A stretch of 64,000 nt of DNA from contig CACHKQ010000003.1 of assembly GCA_902580445.1 (NCBI GenBank), forward strand, positions 27,457 through 91,456, written 5' to 3'. Of this stretch, positions 27,422-37,135 are shown piece after piece (the first letter of the stretch is position 1; each line of letters begins with the position of its first letter). Made by a program: the position numbers and the translations under genes. This DNA is from an uncultured Pelagibacteraceae bacterium. Lineage in GTDB: Bacteria > Pseudomonadota > Alphaproteobacteria > Pelagibacterales > Pelagibacteraceae. A model generated the notes under the pieces. That model was not told the origin of the DNA. It was given only the letters and a program-made list of their open reading frames with translations, and did not search any database.

Positions 27422-28860
27422 ATTTTCTGGTCGTACTCACCAATTTTACCAGTTTCTTTTAATAAATTATCTATAAAACTAAATATTTTTTTTGTACTTT
27501 TGTCTGACGATGTACTCTCAACAACAACTACTAACGATGGTTTATTAGAAGAAGCCCTTATTAATCCCCAAGAACCATCGTCTAATACAAACCTCACACC
27601 ATTTACAGTTAAAATTTCCTTGATAAATTTGTCGTCTATTTTAATTTTTTTATTTTTAATTTCCTTTACTCTCTCTACTAATTTTTCAACAACATTATAT
27701 TTTTCTTCATCTTTACAGAAAGGAGCCATAGTTGGTGATTGAAATGTTTTGGGAAGAGAATTGATTATAGAATTCATTTTTTTGTTTTCATTATCTAATA
27801 ATTTACAAATTTGTATCGCTGAACTTATTCCATCATCATAACCATACCCTATTGGATTATTGAAAAAAAAATGTCCGCTTTTTTCGAAACCAGCCAAAGC
27901 TTTCTCTCTATTAACTTTTCTTTTAATATGAGAGTGACCTGTTTTCCAATAAATTGTTTTACAATTATTCTTTATAAGAATTTCGTCATTAATATATAAA
28001 CCAGTAGATTTTACATCTACAATAAACTTTGAATTTTTGTAAGTATTTGATAAATTTCTTGCAATTACTAGGCCAATTTTGTCTGCATAGATTTCTTCGC
28101 CTTTTTCATCTATAACTCCAACTCGATCCCCATCACCATCAAATCCAAAACCTATATCAGCATTATTTTCTTTTACACATTTAGATATCGCTTCTAACAT
28201 TTTTAAATCCTCAGGATTGGGATTATATTTTGGGAAAGTAAAATCTAATTTACAGTCTAATTCAATTATATCACAGCCTATTCCTTTTAATATTTCAGGC
28301 GCAAATAGCCCGGCCGTTCCATTTCCACACGCTACTACAGCTTTTATTTTTTTTTTAATTTTATTTTTATCAATTAAATCTTTTATATATATTTTTTGAA
28401 AATCTTTAATTTCTCTATCACTACCCTTACCTAATATAAATTTTTTTTCTAATGTTATTTCTTTTAATTCATTCATTTCATCAGGCGCATGAGTAAGGCC
28501 TTTTTCTATTCCCATTTTCACACCTGTCCAACCATTTTCATTGTGGCTAGCTGTTATCATTGCTATTGCATCAGAACCTAGTTTGAATTGAGCGTAATAA
28601 ACTGTTGGAGTAAGTGAAAGACCTATATCTTCAATGTTACATCCTGTTGAAATTAATCCTTTTTTGAAAGATGTTTTTACTTCTTCACTGTATGATCTGT
28701 AATCGTGACCAACAATTATTTTTGGGTTCTTTTTTTTTGTTTTTTTTATAACCTGTGTACCTAATCCCCTGCCAAGTTCCTCGATACCCTCTAAATCGAT
28801 ATCTTTAGGATACAGCCATCTAGCGTCATATTCCCTAAATCCACTTTCCTTGATTTTCAT
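27418..28860 (-). CDS. Phosphomannomutase/phosphoglucomutase
   Basis: TASHNENGWTG (phosphoserine loop), GFGFDGDGDRVGV (Mg loop) and GFEKSGH. Confidence 0.9.
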   Translation of the reverse strand: MKIKESGFREYDARWLYPKDIDLEGIEELGRGLGTQVIKKTKKKNPKIIVGHDYRSYSEEVKTSFKKGLISTGCNIEDIGLSLTPTVYYAQFKLGSDAIAMITASHNENGWTGVKMGIEKGLTHAPDEMNELKEITLEKKFILGKGSDREIKDFQKIYIKDLIDKNKIKKKIKAVVACGNGTAGLFAPEILKGIGCDIIELDCKLDFTFPKYNPNPEDLKMLEAISKCVKENNADIGFGFDGDGDRVGVIDEKGEEIYADKIGLVIARNLSNTYKNSKFIVDVKSTGLYINDEILIKNNCKTIYWKTGHSHIKRKVNREKALAGFEKSGHFFFNNPIGYGYDDGISSAIQICKLLDNENKKMNSIINSLPKTFQSPTMAPFCKDEEKYNVVEKLVERVKEIKNKKIKIDDKFIKEILTVNGVRFVLDDGSWGLIRASSNKPSLVVVVESTSSDKSTKKIFSFIDNLLKETGKIGEYDQKI

Positions 28861-28948
28861 TATTTCAATTGATTTATTAACATTAGATTTAACAGAATTA
28901 TTTTAAACTTGAAAAAACATTTATGTTCATATAATGTTCTCTTGCTAT

Positions 28949-28995
28949 GTATGGTATTTAGTGTATTAATAAATCTGTAACACAACATGTAGTTG
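28949..28995 (+). promoter_or_regulatory. Candidate tandem NrdR boxes upstream of nrdA
   Basis: Box 2 (28980..28995, ACACAACATGTAGTTG) matches 12/16 positions of the remembered consensus acaCwAtATaTwGtgt. Box 1 (28949..28964, GTATGGTATTTAGTGT) matches 10/16, with a perfect right half. The centres are 31 bp apart. Weak promoter-like hexamers are TTGCTA at 28942 and TATTAA at 28964. Confidence 0.4.
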
Positions 28996-29029
28996 TTTTA
29001 CTCAAATAAGTCATTAAAATAGGGATTTT

Positions 29030-30982
29030 ATGAATAAAAATGTAACTTTGGCAATAGAAAAGGCTGTCTCAAATTTAGATAAGATAGAAAATAACGATCT
29101 TTTAAAAGATATTAATAGTAAAAAACCAGATTTATTCTCGTTAAACCAAGAAACAGAACTTTTTCAAAATGATAAAGGAATTATAATCAAAATCGATAGA
29201 TCACGAGATAAAAATCTCACTGATTTTGGTAGAGCAACTTTATCTGACAGATATTTGGGACAAAATGAATCTTTCCAAGATTTATTCGCTCGAGTTGCAA
29301 GCACATATGCCGACAACAATCTTCATGCTCAAAGGCTTTATAATTATATTAGTAATTTATGGTTCATGCCTGCCACACCAGTTCTTTCTAACGGCGGCAC
29401 AGAAAGAGGTTTGCCCATTTCATGTTTTTTAAATGAAGCAGGAGATAGTTTGAATGGTATTTTAGATTTATGGAGTGAAAATGTTTGGTTAGCTGCAAGA
29501 GGTGGAGGAATAGGAAGCTATTGGGGCAACCTAAGATCCATCGGAGAAAAAATTGGTAAAGTAGGGAAAACTTCAGGGATAATACCTTTCATCAAAGTGA
29601 TGGATTCCTTAACTTTAGCTATTAGCCAAGGTTCACTTAGAAGAGGATCAGCCGCTTGTTATCTTCCAATTGATCACCCTGAGATAGAAGAGTTTATAGA
29701 AATGAGAAGGCCAACAGGTGGTGATACAAACAGGAGATCACTAAACTTACATCATGGTGTTTTAGTTTCTGATGCCTTTATGAGAGCGGTCGAAACAGAT
29801 AGTCAGTGGGCTTTAAAAAGTCCAAAAGATGGATCAGTCCAAGCAACTTTATCTGCAAGAAATTTATGGATAAGACTTTTAACTGCAAGAGTGGAAACAG
29901 GCGAACCTTACATAATTTATATCGACACTGTGAACCGACAAATACCTCAACATCATAAATTAGCAGGGCTGACTGTTAAAACTTCAAATCTTTGTAGTGA
30001 GATTACATTACCAACTGGAAAAGACAGGGAAGGGAACGAAAGAACAGCAGTCTGTTGTTTATCCTCTTTAAACATAGAAAAATATGACGAATGGAAAGAT
30101 GATGAAAATTTTATTGAAGATATAATGAGATTTTTAGATAATGTTCTCACAGATTTTATAAATAAAGCACCAGATAGCTTTGCAAATGCAAAATATGCAG
30201 CAGCCAGAGAAAGAAGCGTAGGTTTAGGTGTTATGGGACTCCATTCTTATTTTCAACAAAAGGGAATTCCTTTTGGATCTGTAATGAGCAAAGTATGGAA
30301 TAAAAAAATATTTGCATTAATACAAGAAAAGGTTGACCAAGCATCAAAAGATCTTGCAGAGGAAAGAGGGGCGTGCCCAGACGCAGAAGAGTTTGGAATA
30401 AAAGAAAGATTTTCAAACAAAACTGCAATTGCGCCAACAGCTTCAATTTCAATTATTTGTGGTGGAGCCTCACCAGGGATTGAACCTATCGCTGCTAACA
30501 GTTATACACACAAAACCCTATCTGGATCATACAATGTTAGAAATAAGTATTTGGCAAAACTTTTAGAAAAACATGGAAAAAATACAGATGAAGTTTGGTC
30601 TAGTATAACAACAAATCAAGGTTCAGTCTCTCATCTTGAATTTCTAACCAAAGAAGAGAAAGAAACATTTAAAACAGCTTTCGAAATAGATCAGAGGTGG
30701 ATTGTTGAATTGGGGGCAGATAGAACTCCACACATTTCACAAGCACAATCAGTTAATGTTTTTGTACCTGCAGACGTACATAAAAAGGATCTTCACCAAT
30801 TACATTTTCAGGCTTGGAAAAAGGGCCTAAAAAGCCTTTATTATTGTAGATCTAAATCTATTCAGAGAGCGGAAAATATTAATGCAGGTTCATCAACAGA
30901 TGTGACAAAGAATGTTTATTCAAACAAAAAAGAATCAAGTAATGAGGAAAACAAATATGAGGAGTGTTTATCATGTCAGTAA
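29030..30982 (+). CDS. nrdA: Class I ribonucleoside-diphosphate reductase, alpha subunit
   Basis: NLCSEITLPT, PISCFL, a C-terminal CxxC tail (ECLSCQ), 650 aa. Confidence 0.95.
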   Translation: MNKNVTLAIEKAVSNLDKIENNDLLKDINSKKPDLFSLNQETELFQNDKGIIIKIDRSRDKNLTDFGRATLSDRYLGQNESFQDLFARVASTYADNNLHAQRLYNYISNLWFMPATPVLSNGGTERGLPISCFLNEAGDSLNGILDLWSENVWLAARGGGIGSYWGNLRSIGEKIGKVGKTSGIIPFIKVMDSLTLAISQGSLRRGSAACYLPIDHPEIEEFIEMRRPTGGDTNRRSLNLHHGVLVSDAFMRAVETDSQWALKSPKDGSVQATLSARNLWIRLLTARVETGEPYIIYIDTVNRQIPQHHKLAGLTVKTSNLCSEITLPTGKDREGNERTAVCCLSSLNIEKYDEWKDDENFIEDIMRFLDNVLTDFINKAPDSFANAKYAAARERSVGLGVMGLHSYFQQKGIPFGSVMSKVWNKKIFALIQEKVDQASKDLAEERGACPDAEEFGIKERFSNKTAIAPTASISIICGGASPGIEPIAANSYTHKTLSGSYNVRNKYLAKLLEKHGKNTDEVWSSITTNQGSVSHLEFLTKEEKETFKTAFEIDQRWIVELGADRTPHISQAQSVNVFVPADVHKKDLHQLHFQAWKKGLKSLYYCRSKSIQRAENINAGSSTDVTKNVYSNKKESSNEENKYEECLSCQ

Positions 30983-31974
30983 TTAATCTAAAAAAAGAAA
31001 AAGAAGTTTTCAAAGGCGGGTTGTTAGTAGAAAATCCAGTTTACAAACCCTTTAGGTATCCGTGGTGCTATGATGCATGGTTAACTCAACAAAGAATTCA
31101 TTGGTTACCAGAGGAAGTACCCCTTGGTGACGATGTGAGAGATTGGCAGAAAAACTTATCTCAAGAGGAAAAGAACTTATTAACTCAAATTTTTAGATTT
31201 TTTACGCAAGCCGATGTTGAAGTTAATAACTGTTATTTAAGACATTACACAACTGTTTTTAAACCCACTGAGGTCTTAATGATGATGACTGCCTTTGCAG
31301 CAATGGAGACAGTGCACATAGCAGCTTATTCTCATTTACTTGATACTATAGGGATGCCAGAGTCAGAATATTCTGCTTTCATGAAGTATAAAGAGATGAA
31401 AGATAAATATGATTACATGCAAGGATTTAATGTCAACTCAAAAGCAGATATAGCAAAGACTGTAGCAGTATTCAGTGCGTTTACTGAAGGACTTCAACTT
31501 TTTGCAAGTTTTGCAATACTTCTAAATTTTCCAAGACACAATAAGATGAAAGGTATGGGTCAAATAGTTACTTGGTCAGTAAGAGACGAAACACTTCATT
31601 GTAATTCTATGATCAGGCTTTTCAGAGCTTTTATTAAGGAGAACCCTGAGATCTGGACAGAAAAATTAAAAAATGAACTTTATGATGCATGCAAAACAAT
31701 TATCGCACACGAAGACGCATTTATAGATTTAGCTTTCAAGATGGGACCCATACAAGGTCTAACTGCCGATCAAGTTAAGAAATATATTAGATGGATAGGT
31801 GACAGAAGATTAATTCAACTTGGCCTACAACCGATTTACAAAATCGACAAAAATCCTCTTACTTGGTTAGATACAATGCTCAATGCTGTTGAACACATGA
31901 ACTTTTTTGAAGGAAGAGCTACCGAATATTCAAAAGCCTCTACGAAAGGATCTTGGGCAGAGGCTTTCTCTTAA
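30973..31974 (+). CDS. nrdB: Class I ribonucleoside-diphosphate reductase, beta subunit
   Basis: Diiron/tyrosyl motifs (FTEGLQLFASF, VRDETLH). I prefer the ATG at 30973, which lies 8 nt after GAGGAG, over the track start at 30964. It overlaps the nrdA stop by 10 nt. Confidence 0.95.
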   Translation: MSVINLKKEKEVFKGGLLVENPVYKPFRYPWCYDAWLTQQRIHWLPEEVPLGDDVRDWQKNLSQEEKNLLTQIFRFFTQADVEVNNCYLRHYTTVFKPTEVLMMMTAFAAMETVHIAAYSHLLDTIGMPESEYSAFMKYKEMKDKYDYMQGFNVNSKADIAKTVAVFSAFTEGLQLFASFAILLNFPRHNKMKGMGQIVTWSVRDETLHCNSMIRLFRAFIKENPEIWTEKLKNELYDACKTIIAHEDAFIDLAFKMGPIQGLTADQVKKYIRWIGDRRLIQLGLQPIYKIDKNPLTWLDTMLNAVEHMNFFEGRATEYSKASTKGSWAEAFS

Positions 31975-32010
31975 AGCATTTAATTTTGTAAAGCATTTAA
32001 CTTTGGTTAA

Positions 32011-33087
32011 ATGAAAAAAAATCTAATATTACTAAGTTTCTCACTGATTGCCTCAATAGTAATAGTTTATTTACTTGTATTTACATGGGTTATAATTCTA
32101 GAAAAATATAAAAGCCCACATAATTTTACAAACAGTGACACAATGAATTTTCATAAAAAATATTCCAACCAACTTCACCATGTCAGGGGAAAGTATTGGC
32201 CACATCAAAGTCTAGTCGATTTAAAGAAAGAAGACTATTTGTTCACCAAGACCGAAAATTTTAGTAAAAACAAAAGAAAAAATATTTTAATTCAAGGCGA
32301 CTCTTGGGCAGAATACTTAATTTATAAAAAAAAATCTAAGGCAGTTGTGAGAGAAACAATTGAAAAAAATAATATTGGTCTAATAAATAGCGGAACATCT
32401 TCTTATTCACCAACACCAATGTATCTTCAATTTAAAATATTGACTGAAGACTATCAAATCAAACCGGAATTTGTTTTGGCTTTGATTGATCAAACCGATA
32501 TAGGAGATGAGTTGTGTAGATACAGAAAAAATATTGTTGAAGATAAAAATGGTATTAAACGAATTAAAAAAGAGTTAAATAGTGGAGCTGCATTTGACTA
32601 TTCAAAATACTATGAAATTTCGGAAATCCTGATACACAATAAAAAATTAAAAAGTTTCCATATAACCAATTATTATTTCAAAAAATTCTTTTTCGAGAAT
32701 AAATTAAAAAATAACAAGTGTAAATTTGATGATATAACTAAATATTTGTATGATTTGGATTTAGGTGACAAAATATATTTTAAAAAAAGATTAAAAAACT
32801 ACATTGATTACTTATCTTCTATTCATTATTTAGAAAAAGTATTCCTTGTTACTTTTCCCCACCAAAAACACATAAGCAATGAATACAAAACAAATATATC
32901 TGACATAATAAATGAGATGGACTTTTCAGATAAAATCGTTCATATAAATTTTACAGATATAATTGATAAAGGAGAGTTTCCCTCAAAAGATATTTTTGAA
33001 ATAAATGATCCAGCGTCACATTTGACTGATCATTTTCAAGCTTTATATATATCAAAAGTCTTTCAGATTATTGAAGACTATCTTTAG
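32011..33087 (+). CDS. Hypothetical N-terminally membrane-anchored protein, SGNH/GDSL hydrolase-like
   Basis: One N-terminal TM helix, a block-I-like ILIQGDSWAEY, and a late NDPASHLTD (Asp/His). The match is weak and by eye only. Confidence 0.4.
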   Translation: MKKNLILLSFSLIASIVIVYLLVFTWVIILEKYKSPHNFTNSDTMNFHKKYSNQLHHVRGKYWPHQSLVDLKKEDYLFTKTENFSKNKRKNILIQGDSWAEYLIYKKKSKAVVRETIEKNNIGLINSGTSSYSPTPMYLQFKILTEDYQIKPEFVLALIDQTDIGDELCRYRKNIVEDKNGIKRIKKELNSGAAFDYSKYYEISEILIHNKKLKSFHITNYYFKKFFFENKLKNNKCKFDDITKYLYDLDLGDKIYFKKRLKNYIDYLSSIHYLEKVFLVTFPHQKHISNEYKTNISDIINEMDFSDKIVHINFTDIIDKGEFPSKDIFEINDPASHLTDHFQALYISKVFQIIEDYL

Positions 33088-33097
33088 TCAGATAAAT

Positions 33098-34222
33098 TTA
33101 TCTTACATTTAAGGCAAGTACTTTTCTGTGATCACTTCCTTTGTATTTTGACAAAGGTCGAATTAGTTTATTAGCAGTATGTTGCTCCATAATATGTGCT
33201 GACCAACCAGTAATTCTTGCCATAACAAATACTGGTGTAAAAAAATCCGTATCGATACCCATCAAATGATATGTTGGTCCACAAGGATAATCTACATTGG
33301 GATGAATATTTTTTCTTTCAAGCATAACTTTTTCTAATATCTCATACATCTTTGGATATTTAGTATTTTTCATAAGCTTCGCAACTTTTAAAAAATAATT
33401 TTTCATAGTAGGAACCCTTGAGTCACCACTTCTATAAACTCTATGACCAAAACCCATAACAACTTTTTTTTTATCAAGTGCATCATTTATCCATACCTCA
33501 GCTCTCTCTGGTTTTTTAATTTCTTTAAACATGTGCATTACTGCTTCGTTAGCACCTCCATGCAATGGACCCTTTAAACTTGCTATGGCACCGGTAATAG
33601 CGCCATGCATATCAGAAAGACTGCTAGTAATGGTTCTAGCTGTAAATGTAGAAACATTAAAACTATGTTCGGCGTACAGTATCATTGAGACATCAAACGC
33701 TTTTACAATTTCCTTGTTTGGAACTTCACCAAACATCATATTAAAGAAGTTCTCAGAGTAAGATAACTTTTTAATTGGAGGTATAAATTTTTTGCCTTTG
33801 CGAGCTCTAAAATATGCTGCCACAGCGGTTGGGGTTTGAGCAAAAATTCTCATAGCTTTTCTCATATTTGCTTTTGGAGAGTTGTCTCTTGTGTCTTTAT
33901 CTTCGAGACCCATTAAACTAACTGCTGATCTAATGGCATCCATAGGATGTGCCTTCTTAGGCATATTTTTAATATCATTTAAGATTTGTTTTGATAATTT
34001 ACGATTACTTCTTTCTTCTTTAATAAACTTTTTAAGTTCTTTAGATTTTGGAAGTTCACCATTCAAAACTAAATAAGCTACTTCTTCGAAACTACATTTT
34101 TCACAAAGATCCTGAACTTTATAACCTCTGTAAGTTAGAGAATTTATTTCAGGCATTACTTGAGAGATAGTAGTTTCATCAACAACTATTCCCATTAAAC
34201 CTTTTTTAATTTCTTCTGTCAT
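33098..34222 (-). CDS. prpC: 2-methylcitrate synthase / citrate synthase family
   Basis: GPLHGGANE and GFGHRVY, about 374 aa, adjacent to prpB. Confidence 0.85.
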   Translation of the reverse strand: MTEEIKKGLMGIVVDETTISQVMPEINSLTYRGYKVQDLCEKCSFEEVAYLVLNGELPKSKELKKFIKEERSNRKLSKQILNDIKNMPKKAHPMDAIRSAVSLMGLEDKDTRDNSPKANMRKAMRIFAQTPTAVAAYFRARKGKKFIPPIKKLSYSENFFNMMFGEVPNKEIVKAFDVSMILYAEHSFNVSTFTARTITSSLSDMHGAITGAIASLKGPLHGGANEAVMHMFKEIKKPERAEVWINDALDKKKVVMGFGHRVYRSGDSRVPTMKNYFLKVAKLMKNTKYPKMYEILEKVMLERKNIHPNVDYPCGPTYHLMGIDTDFFTPVFVMARITGWSAHIMEQHTANKLIRPLSKYKGSDHRKVLALNVR

Positions 34223-34224
34223 AC

Positions 34225-35121
34225 TTATTCATGTCCCTCAGTTTTAAAATCAGTAATTTTTTTATCAGGAGTATTATACTTTTCATACTCTACCAATTCA
34301 TATAATCTTTTTCGAGATTGCATTTTATCTATAATATTATTTTGATGTCCATCCTTAAAAATGGACCTAAGACCATCTTCTACACTTTTCATTGCCAATC
34401 TTTGCGTTGTTACTGGATATATAACAATGTTGTAACCTAAATTTTTCAATTCTTTTGTGGATAATAATTTTGATTTCCCAAATTCTGTCATATTAGCTAA
34501 CAGAAATACTTTTGAGTTTTTTCTAATACTTTCAAACTCTTTTTCATCTTTCATTGACTCCGGAAATATTATGTCTGCACCTGCAGCCTCATATGCTTTA
34601 ATTCTCTCAATTGTTTTTTGAAGTCCTTCCACAAGATTAGCATCAGTTCTTACTATAATTGAAAAATTCGTATCTTTTCTTGAGGTAACAGCCTCTTTAA
34701 TTTTTTTAATCATATCATCTTTTGAAATAAGTTCTTTATTATCCAAGTGACCACATCTTTTTTCCGCAATTTGATCTTCTATATGGCACCCGGAAAGACC
34801 CATTTCCTCAAAAGTTTCTATTGTTTTTTTACAATCTGAAAAACCAGTATCCGCATCAACTATTGATGGTAAATCAGTAACTTTGGCAATTTGATTTGCT
34901 CTGTAACTAACATGCTTAAGAGTAGTCAAACCTATGTCTGGAATTCCAAGGTCATTAGACATAACCCCTCCAGATATATAGACACCATCAAAACCAATCT
35001 CTGCAATTAACTTTGCGCATAAAGGATTGTACGCACCCGGGAATCTAAGTAACTTTTTTTCTTTAAGATTATTTAAAAAATCTTTTCTTTTTGTTTTGGC
35101 ATCTTTTTTTGTAAAATGCAT
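34225..35121 (-). CDS. prpB: Methylisocitrate lyase
   Basis: PGAYNPL, the DADTGFS motif of the isocitrate lyase/PEP mutase family, and EDQ..KRCGH. Confidence 0.9.
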   Translation of the reverse strand: MHFTKKDAKTKRKDFLNNLKEKKLLRFPGAYNPLCAKLIAEIGFDGVYISGGVMSNDLGIPDIGLTTLKHVSYRANQIAKVTDLPSIVDADTGFSDCKKTIETFEEMGLSGCHIEDQIAEKRCGHLDNKELISKDDMIKKIKEAVTSRKDTNFSIIVRTDANLVEGLQKTIERIKAYEAAGADIIFPESMKDEKEFESIRKNSKVFLLANMTEFGKSKLLSTKELKNLGYNIVIYPVTTQRLAMKSVEDGLRSIFKDGHQNNIIDKMQSRKRLYELVEYEKYNTPDKKITDFKTEGHE

Positions 35122-35159
35122 GCAGTTTTTATATTAAAACAAAAATATAAAATCAAAGA

Positions 35160-35762
35160 TTATTTTAAAAGCACAGTAATAGCTGTTAAAACCAATAATA
35201 TAGCCAAGATATACTCTGTAATTTTTTTTGCTTTTTCATTTTTAATATAAATTCTCAAAGAATTTCCAAAAATAGCCCAAATACATATTGATGGAAAACA
35301 GACTACAGCAGCAGTAATAGTTATAAACATAGTGGCTACTAAAAATTTTTCCTCAGTTGGAAAAAAACCTGATGCTACGGTTATTGCTATTGTCCATGCT
35401 TTAGGATTAATAAATTGAAATAGAGATGCTTCATAAAATCTCAAGGGCCTACCTTTAGTATCTTTTTTGACAAGACTGAAAGAACCAATAATCTTCCAAC
35501 CAAGATAGATTAAATAAATAAAACATAAGATTTTCATATAAAATTGTAGTTGAGGAAATATTAAAAACAAATTACCCAGACCAAAGCAAACTAATCCTAT
35601 TTGAAAGATGTGACCGAGGGGTATACCAATCAGATGTGGAAGAGTTCTATAAAATCCAAACTTTAATCCAGATGCAGTTAACATCGCATTGTTAGGACCT
35701 GGTGTTGCGAACATTATAAAGTAGTAAGTTATTAAAGCTGTAAACAATTGAAGATCTATCAT
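35160..35762 (-). CDS. LysE/RhtB family amino-acid efflux protein
   Basis: A FATPGPNN motif near the N-terminus and about 6 TM helices in 200 aa. Confidence 0.85.
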   Translation of the reverse strand: MIDLQLFTALITYYFIMFATPGPNNAMLTASGLKFGFYRTLPHLIGIPLGHIFQIGLVCFGLGNLFLIFPQLQFYMKILCFIYLIYLGWKIIGSFSLVKKDTKGRPLRFYEASLFQFINPKAWTIAITVASGFFPTEEKFLVATMFITITAAVVCFPSICIWAIFGNSLRIYIKNEKAKKITEYILAILLVLTAITVLLK

Positions 35763-36421
35763 AAATAATTTTTAACAATACTTTCAAAATTTAAAAAATT
35801 TTTTATTAAGGTTTTATGTGGAATTTCGCTTACATTTTTTTCTGTATAACCTTCTTCAACTAAAATAAAAGGAATTTTTGCATTTTGTGCTGATTGCGAA
35901 TCTACTTCGCTATCACCAACCATAATGCTTTTGTTAACACTTCCTCCTATTATTTCTATCACGTTCGTTAAATGACGAGGATCAGGTTTATTAAATTCGA
36001 AAGTATCGCAACCAGCAACATATTCAAAATATTGTGACAAATTAATTTTTTTTAATAGATCTTTCGCGAGCCTTTCTTGCTTATTTGTACAGACACCCAT
36101 TAATATCTGATTTGATTTCGCCCATTCTAAAAAATTAACCACTCCTTTTATTGGTTTACTTCCTTTATCAATATTTTTGGCATAATAATCTATAAATTCT
36201 TTCACCATTTCTTTTTTCAATTTTTCATCTTTGATTTCGTCCCTAAATGTTCGTTGCATCATTATCCAAGCACCACGGCCAGCAATATGTTTTATGTCTC
36301 CAAGACTTTTTTGGGGATAGCCAAATTTTTTCATAACGTGGTTATGAGCCCCCATTAAGTCCGGCGCTGTATCTACCAAAGTGCCATCAAGATCGAATAA
36401 AATTGTTAATTTTTGAGTCAT
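35759..36421 (-). CDS. HAD-family hydrolase, phosphoglycolate phosphatase-like
   Basis: ILFDLDGTLVDT (motif I), CTNK (motif II) and GDSEVD (motif IV). Confidence 0.8.
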   Translation of the reverse strand: MTQKLTILFDLDGTLVDTAPDLMGAHNHVMKKFGYPQKSLGDIKHIAGRGAWIMMQRTFRDEIKDEKLKKEMVKEFIDYYAKNIDKGSKPIKGVVNFLEWAKSNQILMGVCTNKQERLAKDLLKKINLSQYFEYVAGCDTFEFNKPDPRHLTNVIEIIGGSVNKSIMVGDSEVDSQSAQNAKIPFILVEEGYTEKNVSEIPHKTLIKNFLNFESIVKNYL

Positions 36422-36493
36422 TTTTCTTAAGTATTAAAAAGAAATATTTTGTGACTTATTACCATCATAATTCTAATGTAAAGAGAAATTTTT

Positions 36494-37135
36494 ATGAAGA
36501 CAAATTCTAAATTTAAAAAAGCAGCTGCTTACAGAGCAAATCAAGAAAGACTGAGAAAAAAAGCTTTAAATCTTGGTGTGAATTTAATCGCTCCGGAAAC
36601 AATATTCTTATCTAAAGATACTAAGTTTGGAAAAAATGTAACTATAAACCCTTATGTGGTAATTGGAAAAAAAGTAAAAATAGGTAACAACGTAGAAATT
36701 TTGTCTTTTAGTCACATCGAGGGGGCTAAAATAGAAAATAAAGTCATAATAGGTCCTTATTCAAGAATTAGAGAAGGAACACATCTAATGTCTGGTGTTA
36801 AAATTGGTAATTTTGTCGAAACAAAAAAATCTAAAATTAAATCTAAAACAAAGGTAAACCACTTATCATATATTGGTGATAGTGAGATTGGAAAAAATAC
36901 CAATATAGGAGCTGGAACTATTACCTGTAATTATGATGGGGTTAAAAAAAATAAAACTATTATTTCTGACAATGTTTTTGTTGGATCAAATACATCTTTA
37001 ATTGCTCCAGTTAAAATCAAAAAAAAATCAATTATTGGTGCTGGCTCTGTAATTACAAAAGATGTGAAAGAAAATTCTTTGGCTTTAGAGAGGTCTGAAC
37101 AGGAAGAAATAGAAAACTACAGGAACAAAAAATAA
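36494..37135 (+). CDS. glmU: Stand-alone GlmU C-terminal domain (glucosamine-1-phosphate N-acetyltransferase, left-handed beta-helix); the uridylyltransferase domain is absent
   Basis: The 213 aa align by eye with E. coli GlmU from about residue 225 to the end (NYDGVKKNKTIISDNVFVGSNTSLIAPV...). An in-frame stop and a divergent gene lie only 72 nt upstream. Confidence 0.8.
   Translation: MKTNSKFKKAAAYRANQERLRKKALNLGVNLIAPETIFLSKDTKFGKNVTINPYVVIGKKVKIGNNVEILSFSHIEGAKIENKVIIGPYSRIREGTHLMSGVKIGNFVETKKSKIKSKTKVNHLSYIGDSEIGKNTNIGAGTITCNYDGVKKNKTIISDNVFVGSNTSLIAPVKIKKKSIIGAGSVITKDVKENSLALERSEQEEIENYRNKK

Noticed and set aside
31973-32000. Direct repeat AAAGCATTTAA x2 (17-bp period) just after the nrdB stop
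   Set aside because: It is only 11 bp, AT-rich and present in two copies, which is compatible with chance or a trivial terminator-less spacer.
33090-33103. 14-bp palindrome AGATAAATTTATCT between convergent genes
   Set aside because: It is short and nearly all A/T (one G-C pair per arm), and too weak to call a bidirectional terminator with any confidence.
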